From Octopus vulgaris (taxonomy: Eukaryota): 64,000 nt of DNA. A program made the position numbers and the translations under genes. Positions 39,773 through 53,096 of this stretch are shown in pieces. The DNA lies in NCBI GenBank assembly GCA_951406725.2, contig OX597815.1, positions 83,700,001 to 83,764,000 on the forward strand, written 5' to 3'. Position 1 is the first letter of the stretch. Each line of letters begins with the position of its first letter. The notes under the pieces were generated by a model. That model saw nothing but the letters and a program-made list of their open reading frames with translations. It was not told the origin of the DNA and made no database searches.

Positions 39773-41013
39773 TATATATATACATACATACATTTCTCAA
39801 TAGGAAAATAATGTCATCTGCTCTTTTTGTTATTTTCCAATGTTTTATTATGCTTATAGCTGTTGAAAAAATGCTTCGTCTTTAACAAACATATTATTCA
39901 ACAATACAAAGTGTGTTTGCGTTAGAAATAAGAAAAAAAGAAAAAAAAGAAAGAAAACATTCCTAAATAATGAACTAAAATCTCTCGCTAAATCCGCCAT
40001 TACTCTCGAGACGTATTCATCTTCCGATATTCTTACTAATAAACACGGCAAAAGGAAACAGTTAATGGCTGGGTGTACTGAAGAATAGACACCTTGCTTT
40101 GCTGCTTATTCTTTGATAGGAAGTATCTGGTAGTTGTTTTCTGTAATATTTCTGTAAATAATGGCTTAAGATGCGTCCATTTTGAGAAGTAAAAAAATGT
40201 CCATGTAAAAAATATTTTTCCATATAGAAGTATTCATTCATTTTTACCATTAAATCAAACCATCTTATGAAAGAAAATAAATAATTCTCGGATTCTTATT
40301 CCAGCAGTATTTTTTTTTTTTTTCCTATTTAATCATCTTTTTACTTTCTTAACTCCATTCTGTTTTGTATCTTTCCACATATCTTCCGTTGAAATCTACC
40401 ATTATTTGTTTACTTTCTCATCCTGTAACTGCTCCAGTCTTCTTTTCTTCTTATCTTTTCATTTTTTTTTTCTGTCTCCCTCTTGATCTTCTTTACGTAT
40501 TCATTCTTTCTTTCATTTTCTTCCAAACTAGACAGTTAAAAGTTTGTAATATATATTCTTGTTTAATTTTCTTAATTCCTCAGCAATCTCCTTATTGTAA
40601 TGTATCGGCCTGATCTTTTAGTCACCCTATATCTCTTACGAACTCACATTTAGACAGCTAGATATTTTACTGGATGCTGAACGTATCGTTCTTGATATAG
40701 ATATCTTGTAGTGACCAGATTAATTAGTCAAAATGTCAACGCGGCAGTCGTTAAAAATCACAAGTGAGTAGTAAATGTATCTGTAATATGTAACTGTATA
40801 TTTGATAGATTCAGCCAAGAAGTGGCGATCAAAGGCGGAAAATTGACAAGAGGGCTAATAAGCAGTCTTCAAAACACTATCAGTGAGATAAAATGCATTG
40901 TATTGTATCATTGAAGCAAAAACGATATTGTGTAATTTTAAACGAAATGCAGCAAAAGTCGTGCGAAAGAATTATGAGGAATCAAAACTAAAGTTTTGCA
41001 CGAGTGGAACATG

Positions 41014-41203
41014 TACTCTTTTACTTGTTTCCGTCATTAGACTGCAGTCATGGTGGAGCACCGCATTTAGTCGAGCAAATCGATCCCAGGATATATTGTT
41101 TGTAAGCCTAGTACTTATTCCATCGGTCTCTTTTGCCGAACCGCTAAGTTACGGGGAGGTAAACACAACAGCATCGGTTGTCAAGCGATGTTGGGGGGGA
41201 CAA

Positions 41204-41293
<90 letters not shown>

Positions 41294-41462
41294 ATATTCA
41301 TATATATACGACGGGCTTCTTTCAGTTTCCGTCTACCAAATCCACTCACAAGGGTTTACTCGGCCCGAGGCTATAGTAGAAGACATTTGCCCAGGATGCC
41401 ACGCAGTGGGATTGAACCCGGAACCATGTGACTGGTAAGCAAGCTACTTACCACACAGCCAC
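41014..41462 (-). mobile_element. SINE B with expanded internal (CA)n(TA)n
   Basis: Colinear with the 26854 and 29566 copies. Confidence 0.93.
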
Positions 41463-41599
41463 GTGTTTTACAGCAACACTTTCATCACCTAATAAGGAAG
41501 AACTCTTCCATTGAAACGGTAGTCTTCGATCTCTTCTTGTACAAACTGACGTCTTTTTTGTGAGTAGAAATAAGTTGTTACTGATAATGGCAACTGAAA

Positions 41600-41900
41600 T
41601 ACTTTACTCTGAGTGACTGTACATGTGAGAAATTGTCAGGTTCGCATGGTCGGTCATATGATTTTAAAGCTTACTGAACATTGCTTGGCCATAGCTCTGT
41701 TAAATAGAGATCTAACGATTTGAGCTACATTGCTCGCAGATCTGTTGGACATTATTGTGGGTACAAGTACTTACAATATACACAAACTTCTACATGAGAA
41801 TCTCCCCTTCAGAAGGTACGTCCTTTGAAGTTATGGAAGCAAATCTGCTGTAGATAGGTAACAGATCAATGCAAAAATTTGAACACTATCGAATATGTAA
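41600..41900 (+). mobile_element. Possible decayed mariner transposase HTH segment
   Basis: NRDLTI*ATLLADLLDIIVGTSTYNIHKLLHENLPFRR resembles DRRLTIRExA..I..ILHExLGxRK. Confidence 0.35.
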
Positions 41901-42962
41901 CTATTTTAACAATATTGATTATGCCCTTAAAGCTGCTAACTTTGGTTCCGTTTTCAGAAGTTTGACTGCTAGTATATACAGCAGTATCTCCTTGTCTGTG
42001 AAACTGTTTTAGTTATTGTTGTTTCAAATTACATAGAAGTGTTTCATCTTGATGTGCTTCGTGCCTGAACTACGATGCAAGTAACAGTATCTGGAATTAT
42101 TTTGAAAAATGCATGCGACGAAAGTTACATATGAGCGTATTCGGATGTAAATAAAAATATAAGGAATACAAGCAAATTATTTTTACTTCCCAAATATCAT
42201 ACAGTTTTGATTACTTAATATCTACAATATAATGTAATCGATTATTCATTAGTTATCTTGCTTCACATTAATTTCTAAAACAAATGATTTGATTGATATC
42301 AGAAACGGTGTACAGACACACACACAAACGTATTCAAAGCTACTAAAGTATATGCAACTTTACACATTCACTAAGGTATGTGCAAATTTAAGAAAGAGGT
42401 CATATACATTTTCTAAAGGTTTTCAAGGGACAAGCTGTACATTTACAACATAGCTGACCCATTCCGTTCAAAAGCTACATACGTACATCATAGGCATTCA
42501 CATTCACTGCAAACATTTCTGAAGAGCAATATTTCTTCTATAAACAAGAGGATACACCAATTCCTCTTGGCTTTCTGAATATAAACATCTCTAATTCCAA
42601 ATTATTTCAAGTTATTTTGTTCTGGTTAAAGCAAGAATACATGAGAGCAGTGTGATACGTGAATAGACTAAAGGTGAATACTCGATACCTCTCAGTAATT
42701 TCGGTATAAAAGGAAATAGTGGAACATTGTGAAATATATGAAGTAAAGCAATTAAGTGCAATCAGTATAAATACTCATACATAACATCTATTAAATGTAT
42801 ATATTGATGTTTCATAGCGTATTATATATATTGATTAGATTTACCAATGAGAAAAAACAAAAACAATTTATCATCTGATTTTATGAACATAACAACATTA
42901 ATTGAGCATCATCAGACAAAAAGAAAAAAAAAAGAAGAATGAACTTTGGGATACAAAAAATT

Positions 42963-43290
42963 TAACCGACATTCCGTTGGTTAAAACGACGAGGGTTCAC
43001 GTACATCCGATCAACAGAACAGCCTGCTCATAAGGTTAACGTGCAAGTGGCCAAGCACGCCACTGACACACATAACCTTATGTAGTTCACAGAGAGGGAT
43101 TCAGCGGGACACAGAATGTGAAAAGGTTGGCCCTTTGAATTACAGGTGGAAATCATTTTTGACAGCTGAGTGAACTGCAGCAATGTAAAATAAAGTGTCG
43201 CGCTCAACGAAACAACGCGACGTCAGTAATCGGACTCACAACTTCACCACCGTGAGCCGAATGCTCTAGCCATTATGCCACGCGCCTTCG
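42963..43290 (-). mobile_element. tRNA/CORE-like SINE related to family D
   Basis: Minus head gaaggcgcgtggcataatggctagagcattcggctcacgg, then gttgagcgcgacactttattttacattgctgcagttcactcagctg. Confidence 0.8.
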
Positions 43291-43411
43291 TACAAATATT
43301 TTTTACAATGATTATAACCAGTAATTAGAAGCTATACCGAATAATTAAGAAAATAAGTAAAATAAAGGTCAACAACTTCAATAACATAAGATGAATAAGC
43401 ATTCATTACTG

Positions 43412-43450
<39 letters not shown>

Positions 43451-43479
43451 ATGTATGTATGTATACATATAATTTAAAT

Positions 43480-43514
<35 letters not shown>

Positions 43515-46500
43515 GTATATGTATATGTATATGTATATATATATATGGTCAATACACATGAGGTGTATTCATATAAATTTAATAGTTACTCTGTACCATG
43601 AACAATAAATCATGCATGATATAGTATATCCAGCAATGGAGGAATCTGTACGTATTTTTGATTTCACTGCATTCTTCGCTTCAAGGCATGCTCAACAGTT
43701 CTTCAAGAAATAAGTGAAGTCTTTCCTTACTCAGAATCTTTGCATTAATAAAACCAGGATCCTGCATAATAACAACCCTGTTGGCTTACTACGTAGCCAA
43801 ATGGAAGTGAGCTACATAGACAAAACATCGGATACGATGGATAAAGGCAGAGAAAAATAATAGCAGCATTGAATTAGCAACAACCTGCCATAGTACGAAA
43901 AGATGGAAAATTGGTTATCGTATTACTCAGAGAGGTTTGAACAAACTGCCAGACAACATGGTAATATCTATAACCTAAGACAATGTCTTACATTTAACCA
44001 CAACAACTTTAGTGAAGAATTCAGCCAACAGAATTGTCACCCAATCAGGTTAAATAGCAAATGAAAAGATGGCGGTCGTCCATTTTGTTCAAAAGTGAGT
44101 GCTATTTATAGATTGCTTTAATTTTATCCCATTCATTCATTTGGCTTTTGACTCGAATTCATCATTTGTAAGTATCTGTAATTAACTACTCTCTGCCGAA
44201 CTTATTTTAGAACTTCATGATTTTTAATTAAATTAATTATCAAATTGATTAATTAATGTGATTTTGTTTCACCCACCCAGTCTTCCTTCCTAATGGTCGT
44301 CTGGCACATGTTTTCTATTTAATGACTAATATATACTTTGAAGTTCGCTTTAAATTCCTGTATTCTTAGAATATCAATACAATTTATAATGCTAGCCGAT
44401 TACCTACTTTTAATGAGAAAACTAACTTCACTTTTAACAACGTTTATTGGGAGAACTAACACTGAGAATTGTCCTTCGTCAGTAGAAAATAAGTACCTTT
44501 TTCAAACTATAGTTTCATACATATTTTATAATGCTCCTCACTCTTCAAAATTGTTTTGGAATGTTATTGATAAACAGTGACATAGTCAATATGTAGAAAC
44601 GGATTCAGCATGAAAAAAACATCGAATGCATAAATGAAATTTCATATTCTTGGATTAAGGTAAATGTAACATGGAACTACAGAAACGAAAATCACGGAGG
44701 AAAATTTATCTAAGTCCTGTAGGGTACTGTTCTCCGTTTCATTGTTTATGGCATTTAGCAGTACATGAAACGTATTATCGTTGGATGGAGGACTAATCTA
44801 ATTCGGTTAACATTTCCATATGACATAGTACCCAAACGTGGCTGCTAAATTAATTTAATGGTGTGTAGTGACCAAACAAACTGGAAAATGCTTTACATGT
44901 TTAATGTTACATTGTATCTCTTAAATGGAGTTGAATATTTCCTTTTTATCGAATCCTCTACACTTTTAAGAACTCGTGAAGACTGATGAGAGGCATCAGA
45001 AATTACGCCGATTACTATATATGATAACGGCTGTTGCGAAAGTTCGTGATTCAATGCTTTCATTTAATTTTATCTAAACTCAATGAGTATCATATATCTG
45101 TCTAGCGAGCTGTATTATGCATGGGATATCACTGAAAATTTTGTCCTACTTTAATATCAAATATAATTAGCGTGATGGAGAATATCTTTCTCCATGCGAT
45201 ACTTGTAAATATTGTTCAATTTCGTACAAATGTTTAAGAAACACCTGTCAATCAAACAGACAAGCAGCGTTAACATTCCCTAACACAGAGCTGTTTTTGT
45301 GAGCACGAGGTTAAAATATTCGGGGAAAATGAGGAGATAATAGAGATTAAATACAATAACTAGAGAACCTGTGTCGCCATAATGAAACGAATTCAACCAG
45401 TAAAGCATCCTAGCTATCAACTTGTTTTTTTTTTTTTTTTGAGATATTTCTATAAGGACAAAACCGTTGTAATACGAAACTCGTTTTGACGTTCATTTTT
45501 ATGCATCGACAAGATAAAGAGTTATACCTTTTACAAAAATAAGTAGACATTTAATTTTTAATTTATCGGGCTATTGAATTGGTCAATGTATTGGCCTTTC
45601 AGAGTTATTAACATGACATAATTTTCTTCTGGTTCATAATAATTCATACATTTCTGAACACAACATATCTTAAATCACAAGTACACCTTCTTAACATGAT
45701 AGAAATTTCACTTGAATTTCACTTCTTTATCATGAAGTGAAATAAAAAATAAAAGACAGACAATATATCAGCGAAATTTTTACTGCAACTACTCGACGAA
45801 GATGAGTTAATAAAATTATAACATGATAGGCAATAATTTTCATCAAAGCTTTTTGATCAACTAAAATTTCAAACAAGATTTTACTCAACCAATCTAAATT
45901 CCCCTAATATCAATTTAGCACACAAAACCTCGCCAAAGAGAAACCGAAAATTATTTCAATTTGTCAGTCCCTTGTTTTGTCAATTTTGTTATTAAGCACA
46001 ATTTTTTACTCAAAATAGAGCGCATAAAAGTACGAATTGCTTTGTTTTTTAAAGAAATTGCGATGTGAAAAAATGCAATAAACATATTTGTAAGGATAAA
46101 AATGATATATAAATATAGAGTGTATCGATTTATAGTTTAAGAAATATACAAATATATGTCATCGCTATAGAAACAAAATATCACTGTCGACAGTATACTT
46201 ATCTTCGACAATCTGTAGGAGGGATATCAAGATGTACCTGGCTTAATGGAGACCCAATATATATAGAGTGCGTCATTTTTTTATGGTATATCTTCAAGAT
46301 TAATCATATTCTTTCGTCAATTTTTTTAATAGTAAACAAAGGAAAGTTCCGGAAATATCCTTGAGATAATGCGCAAATAATAATTATTTTTTCTAGAACA
46401 ACTCACTGCGATACCAATATTGCTTAAGTCTATTGACTTTAACAGAGAGTTCTCAAAACGTGGCTTCAAAATATTGTTACTGTGGAATCGAAACTAATTC

Positions 46501-47864
46501 ACAAAAGCGGTTTACCCTTTAGTCGCCAACTCTGATCAGATATCTGCTTTTATTTATTTGACTTTCAATGTCATTGCTGATATAAGTACGTCGTTTGGCT
46601 GAAATATACTGCTGCAAGCAGCATCGTAAGCATTGTTGTTGAATAGTTGAGTGTTCCGTTAGTTTGGAATGTTCAATGCAATTTCTCCTGAGGGAAGAAA
46701 ATTATATCTGCTGCGATAGACGAACTTTGATCAATACTTCTCAATCTGATCAAAACAACTAATCATTTCTAAATAACATACATTTAAATGTCACATACTT
46801 AACCTGTGTTTCCAAACGGCGGGAATATTCTCTTGCGGTGTTTCATAATCTACTTTTATGTTCTCATTCAAACCTTGCAAATATGGACGTTCACTTTTAT
46901 TCCCTTGGATTGATAAAGCCTTAAACCAATTAAATATTAAACACTCTTTAATCAACTAAACGTCTTTTCCTACCATGTATGAAGATAAATATATTTTAGG
47001 TATCACTAATTTTTTTCGTCCATTTCAAAGAAAAATATTTATCATGCAAATGAAATTAAGTTTTGGACTAGATTCACCGTTTTATTCAACAGTGTTTAAT
47101 CATGATTAATAATACTTTCATATAATATGCAAACTCGTTGCTTTCATGAAACATCTTGATTCGAGGATTCTAGAATGTAACCAGCAAATAGGTTTTATTT
47201 TCCTATTTCCTAAACAACAAGAAAAAAGAAATAAGAAAAGCTTAGTTTCTAAATCAGTTGCTAACAAAATTATATGAATTATAAAATAATATAAATATAA
47301 TAAAATAGATGAAAACACATCAAAATAACAAATATTATACATGGGAAAATATATAATTTTTTTTTTTATATTAGCTCATACGTTTCTGATATACTTTTAT
47401 AACATATTTTTCTCATGAAAGAGAATCAACGAAGATATGTGTTAAAATTCTCAGCTGGATAGAAAAACTTGCTTTAGGTTACAAAAAATTATATAGATAA
47501 ATTAAAATAAATGTGTAGAAAATACACGCGTATTCTATAGAGACTGAACTATTCCCTTAAAATTGCTCAAAGCATTTCAACACATATATCTCTCTTGCAC
47601 AAAACAAACGCAAACATATATAAACATTGACAGAGACACACACAAAATAATAGAAGCAAAAACGAACAGTAAAATACATACAAATCAATACGGTAAAAAT
47701 GCAGGTCTAGGTACACACGCGCGCACATATACACATATGAACACACACACATGCACAAACACTCACGAACAAACACACAGACACGCGCAAACACTCACAC
47801 AGACACATACACGTAAACACATATATAAAGAGCGAGTATGTTTCTCTGTGTGTGTGTGTGTGTG

Positions 47865-47914
<50 letters not shown>

Positions 47915-47967
47915 AGAGAGAAACGAACGTGAAGTACTGCTTATAGGGATATTTTACTTTGAGAATA

Positions 47968-48008
<41 letters not shown>

Positions 48009-48068
48009 TCATGCAGAAATCAACGGAATAAACAGAGAGTAAATATGAACGTTGGCGATAAATAGATG

Positions 48069-48130
<62 letters not shown>

Positions 48131-48359
48131 GTATATATCTATATGTATACATATATAGGACCTTCCTTGCATGCGTAAATGCATGAAAGAACAGACGCTG
48201 TCTCTTGCACATGCAGAAAAACAGATGCACAGTAACGAATGTAAATAGTCGCACACGATACAAAAGCACACATACACGTGCGCTTGCATCCCCAACATAC
48301 ACATAAGGAAATGTATGTATGTCTGTATCTATGTATATATTATATATATAATATAGATA

Positions 48360-48416
<57 letters not shown>

Positions 48417-48754
48417 TCAAGAAACAGAGAGTAAGGGACATGAGAGATGGAATGAAATAGATAAGAGAGTAGTAAGAATTAGGGGAGCAAAAGGGAAATG
48501 ATTATGTATTTATATTTGTAAGTGAGTGTGAATCCGTATTTATTAAATTTAGAATTAACAAACGTATAAACCTGTTTATAAATATGTAAATCAATGAAAC
48601 GCAAAATCTGCCATATCCATGTATGGATTTTAAATATATGGCTGAGTGCATGAATGTGTGTGTGTATGTGTGTGTATGTGTGTGTGAGTGTGTGTTCGCA
48701 TGCATATATGTACATATATGTACATATTGTATGTAAGCTATATATAATAAATTT

Positions 48755-49030
48755 GAAGGCTTAGTGGTTAGACAGTCGGGTTCACAATCATGAGGTAGTG
48801 GGTTCGATTCCCGGACTGGGGTGTGTGTTGTGTTCTTGAGCAAGACACTTACAATATCTACAACATCCGCGTTGCTCCAGTTCACTCAGCTGTAGAAATA
48901 AGTTGCAACGTCATTGGTTTCAAGCTGTATCGGCCCTTGCTTTTCCATTGGATAACATCAGTGTCGCGGAGAAGGGAGATTGGTATTCATAGGCGATTGT
49001 TGGTCTTCCATAAACAACCTTATCCGGTCT
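48755..49030 (+). mobile_element. tRNA/CORE-like SINE D
   Basis: A-box ggcttagtgg, B-box gggttcgattcc, gttgtgttcttgagcaagacactt...ccagttcactcagctgtag. Confidence 0.85.
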
Positions 49031-49060
49031 TTACCCTTTTTTATATAATAAAATTTTATA

Positions 49061-49440
49061 GGCGCGTGTGTGGCTGCGTGGTAAGAAGTTTGCTTGACGA
49101 CCACACAATTTTAGGTCCACAATAGCCGCAGGCTTACGAAAAAAACTGATGTTGTAGATGATATCGAAAGAAGACCGTCACGTATAGTTATGTGTGTGTG
49201 CGCATGTGTGTGTGCGCATGTGTGTGCGCATGTGTGTGTGCGCATGTGTGCGCGCATGTGTGTGTGTACGCATGTGTGTGTGTGTGCGCATGTGTGTGTG
49301 TGCGCGCATGTGTGTGTGCGCATGTGTGTGTGCGCATGTGTGTTTGTGTGTGCGTGTATGCATCTTTGTGTTGTTTATTTGTTTATTTACAACCCTGTAA
49401 CCTAACGATTTGGCAAATGCGAACGATCGAATAAAGTATT
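49061..49440 (+). mobile_element. Degraded SINE B with expanded internal (GCGCATGTGTGT)n array
   Basis: Head ggcgcgtgtgtggctgcgtggtaagaag. Body resumes ccctgtaacctaacgatttggcaaa after the array at 49190-49360. Confidence 0.7.
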
Positions 49441-50180
49441 CACCAACAATAGCTAATATATACATAAAATGCTTTGAGAATTTAGCTTTAGGATCAATGC
49501 TACTAAAACCAAACCTATAGATGCGATATGATGACACCTTTATACTCTGGCCCTACCAGGATGTCTAAGTGCTGTTAAATCATGTGAACTCAATAAAGCC
49601 ATCCATACAGTTCACAATGGAAAAAGGAAAAAGACAACCAGCTAGCATTCCTGGACGTATTAATAGCACGCACTAAGTATCGATTCATTGGACAATACCC
49701 CAACTTCAGTTCCCACCATCCATACAGTGTAAAGAGAGGAAATGCTCAGTGCCTAAAACAGGGAGCAAAGAATATAAGTAGCGATCGTGATACTCACCAC
49801 GAAGTGATGATCAAGCTCAGTAACAATCTATTAAGAAACAACCCCCCCAAACACAAACTATCCACTCCAATTATGAAAAAAAAGAGGATGAAACCAATAA
49901 TCTGTCCACAGACTGTCTATCCTATGTGAAAGGCCACTCCGAAAAGATACAAAAGATATGCGGCCCATATGACATCAGGACAGTATTCAAGAGTAATACA
50001 ACACTTCGCAAATATCTCCTTCGAGTAAAACCACCAACAGAAAAGAATATGACCAAAAACTGCGTGTACTCCATCCTATGCAGATGTGGAAGGTTATACA
50101 AAGATGAAACATGCCGCCCCCTCAAAATAAGGGTAGACGAACACGCAAAGCTGTGACACAAGAAGATATTGATACACCAC
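49438..50180 (+). mobile_element. Penelope-like element remnant (RT C-terminus and GIY-YIG endonuclease)
   Basis: IANIYIKCFE..RYDDTF..NSIKPSIQFTME..LAFLDVLI..YVKGHSEKIQKI..CVYSILCRCGRLYKDETCRPLKIRVDEH. Confidence 0.92.
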
Positions 50181-50197
50181 TACATCATAATTGCCCA

Positions 50198-50450
50198 CGG
50201 GCATATGGTATATTGGTTAAAAGCGCAGGCTACTAACCCCAAGATTCTGAGTTCGATTCCAGTAGTAGCCTGAATAATAATAATGATGATAATAATAAGA
50301 ACATCGAAAAATGCCTGATGAATAAGAATTCAGGTTCGAAATTTCCCCAAGACACCTGATGAAGGCTGGAGGGTATATCAGCCGAAACGTTGTGTTAAGA
50401 ACAAACAAGATGAGGGCAAATATCCATCAAATATAAATAATATAAATACT
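50198..50450 (+). mobile_element. tRNA-headed short element carrying a hammerhead motif
   Basis: A-box tggtatattgg 50206-50216, B-box gagttcgattcc 50249-50260, AAT linker, then hammerhead. Confidence 0.7.
50351..50396 (+). ncRNA. Minimal type I hammerhead ribozyme, intact core
   Basis: gacac CTGATGA a ggctg gagggtatat cagcc GAAA cg TT gtgtt. Stems I and II pair, and stem III is minimal as in Penelope pLTR hammerheads. Confidence 0.8.
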
Positions 50451-50992
50451 CATAACATTTTTCTTTTAAAACTCCATTGCATGAGATTAATATTATGAAA
50501 TTCCTCGAATTGAGCTCTACCATTTAAGCCTAATTGAAACATAGATTGTTTTAAAATAAAAATGTTAATTATACATAAATTCAACTTTTTACCTTATATT
50601 TTTTCATGATATTTTACCTCGTAACTTTTTCGATATAAATTTTTGTTGCATGGGAACAAAGCTATGAAATTCTTCATGCTTTCTTCTATCATTGAAGATA
50701 AATTAATTTTGCTTTTAAAACAAAAAGTTATTTAGATCTAGACTTACTCTGCTATAACGTTGCTAAAAATTTTTATGTAAACTTTTTTCTACTGGATCAA
50801 ATTTCAATTTTTTAATGCTAAAATGTAGCTAGGGGCCAGTCGTCTTCAAAAATGTTAACAGTTTTCAATTTGGTTAAGAATTGAATTAGCGACAAGCTCT
50901 GAAAGATGCTGCGTGTTAGTAAATAGCGGCTTTAAGAGTATTATTCAACTACGGTAGAAGTTGAATGATAGATGATTTACACACACGCATGC

Positions 50993-51026
<34 letters not shown>

Positions 51027-51414
51027 ACATTGTATTTCATGCAAGGTAAGCCTGTCTCTGTTATGTTCATCACATCCACCTTATGCATTTTTATCGTGAG
51101 TAAATTCTGGTTTAGAATGATAGCGCCGTATATAGCAAGTGGTATTTCATTACCCTTCTGTATTTTATTTATATTTTACCTTTAAACGTGTAAACTTGCT
51201 AGCCACTCTATTATTAACATTATTATTAATAATGTTAGTGATACTTATTTAAATTTACATATATATATATATATTACGAAGGTGTATTTGCATAGCGAGT
51301 GACTTGATCTGAGATCGTGTGGTGGAACGAAAACAATTGCAGCGTGGAAGGTGTTTATAAACCATTTAAGTAACACACAAAAAACATTAGATTCACTTCA
51401 ACATTTAAATTTAA

Positions 51415-51465
51415 TTTGTCAAAATATTTTCGTCGCTTTGAGACCGCGACCTATTCACTGACAAA
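51415..51465 (-). ncRNA. Hammerhead-shaped motif with non-canonical core
   Basis: Minus: tttgtca GTGAATAG gtcgc ggtctcaaa gcgac GAAA atattt tgacaaa. Confidence 0.4.
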
Positions 51466-51559
51466 GCTTCGTGCAGCACGAAGGAATACTCCTTACGTGG
51501 TTAAAAAGTTAGCTGAAGGGAAAGGTGGATAAAAAGAGATGGACAGGGGAGGCAGATAT

Positions 51560-51600
<41 letters not shown>

Positions 51601-52019
51601 CATAGCAGTTGTGGTGATGGTTGAAGTGTGTTGATATTGAAAAGTATTTTTTTTTTGTGAACGTTTTTTCTATAGCGTCTATCGCAAACGTATAAGTGCA
51701 ATTATTCATCGTCTGCTCGCTTAAAAAATCGTTTTTATAGCCTAATTTAGCGTAAATTCTGGATCGAGAAAGGATGCACAGATAGAGAGCACGGATCAAA
51801 GAGGAACAACGAGAAGATATAATAAAAAGAGGAAAATCACAACACGGACGAAGACGTGAGGAAATGGATGTAGACGAACTGTTAAAGAATAGTTAAAGAT
51901 AGCTAAACTATGAATGCTCTAAAAATGCAAATCATCCTTTCTTTCTTAATGTTTTCCATTCCGTGGAATTTATACGTATCCTACAAGTATATTTATATTA
52001 TTCAAAACAGTTCGAAAAG

Positions 52020-52320
52020 TCTCAGCTATCGCGTCTAAAATAAGAATCATGCAAGTAATAACTTGGAATTCAAGGGACCACAGTTATTTTATATCTTGCC
52101 AAAAACAGCCGAGGGATCAGCATGGAGTAGGCGTAGGTGTTTTCAAGAAACAATTTGACCTCTTCCCTTGATGGCCTACAAAAAAATTCATAAGCGGGCA
52201 GCATTATCGAACTCCCTCCTTCACCAAAAGTCAATCACAAAAGAATGACTATTGAAAAGGTGATTACAATGGCAGTGCTCCAGCGTGGCCACAGCCTTTG
52301 AGCTGAAACGCATAATTAAC
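52020..52320 (+). mobile_element. CR1/L2-type LINE 3' remnant related to 6770-7300
   Basis: NNLEFKGPQLFYILPK..HGVGVGVFKKQFDLF..RAALSNSLLHQ, tail ggcagtgctccagcgtggccacagcctttgagctgaaac. Confidence 0.75.
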
Positions 52321-52459
52321 AGAATTAAAGAAAAAGGTGCAGTGTGGCCGTTTGGTGGGAAATTTACTTCCCATCACACGGATCCGGGTTTAGTCAAAAG
52401 CGAAAGCCCTGTGCGTAAACTTGGTAGATGTATATATAATATATAATATATAATATATA

Positions 52460-52493
<34 letters not shown>

Positions 52494-52618
52494 GATATAT
52501 ACATATATTATTTATATTATTTATATTATTATTATTTTTATATATATATATGCACATGTATATATGTATATATATGTAAGTGTGTACATATATATATGTA
52601 TGCGTGTACATATATGTG

Positions 52619-52656
<38 letters not shown>

Positions 52657-52663
52657 TATTATA

Positions 52664-53035
52664 GGCGCAGGAGTGGCTGTGTGGTAAGTAGCTTGCTAAC
52701 CAACCACATGGTTCTTGGGCAGGTGTCTTCTGCTATAGCCCCGGGCCGACCAATGCTTTGTGAGTGGATTTGGTAGTCGGAAACTAAAAGAAACCTGTCG
52801 TATATATGTATATATATGTGTGTATGTGTGTGTGTGTTTGTGTGTGTGTGTTTGTCCCCCTAGCATTGGTGTGTTTACGTCCCCGTCACTTAGCGGTTCG
52901 ACCAAAGAGACCGATAGAATAACTACTGGGCTTACAAAGAATAAGTCCCGGATCGATTTGCTCGACTAAAGACGGTGCTCCAGCATGCCCGCAGTCAAAT
53001 GACTGAAACATGTAAAAAAGTATAAGAGTAAAAGA

Positions 53036-53037
<2 letters not shown>
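52664..53037 (+). mobile_element. Full-length SINE B in a TA-rich tract
   Basis: Colinear with the 29566 copy. Confidence 0.93.

Positions 53038-53096
<59 letters not shown>

Noticed and set aside
44063-44085. YY1-like AAGATGGCG motif (also gccatctt near 34815)
   Set aside because: Isolated short motifs without promoter context.
44983-44999. CTGATGAG as a hammerhead start
   Set aside because: It forms a simple ctgatg/catcag hairpin with no stem II followed by GAAA.
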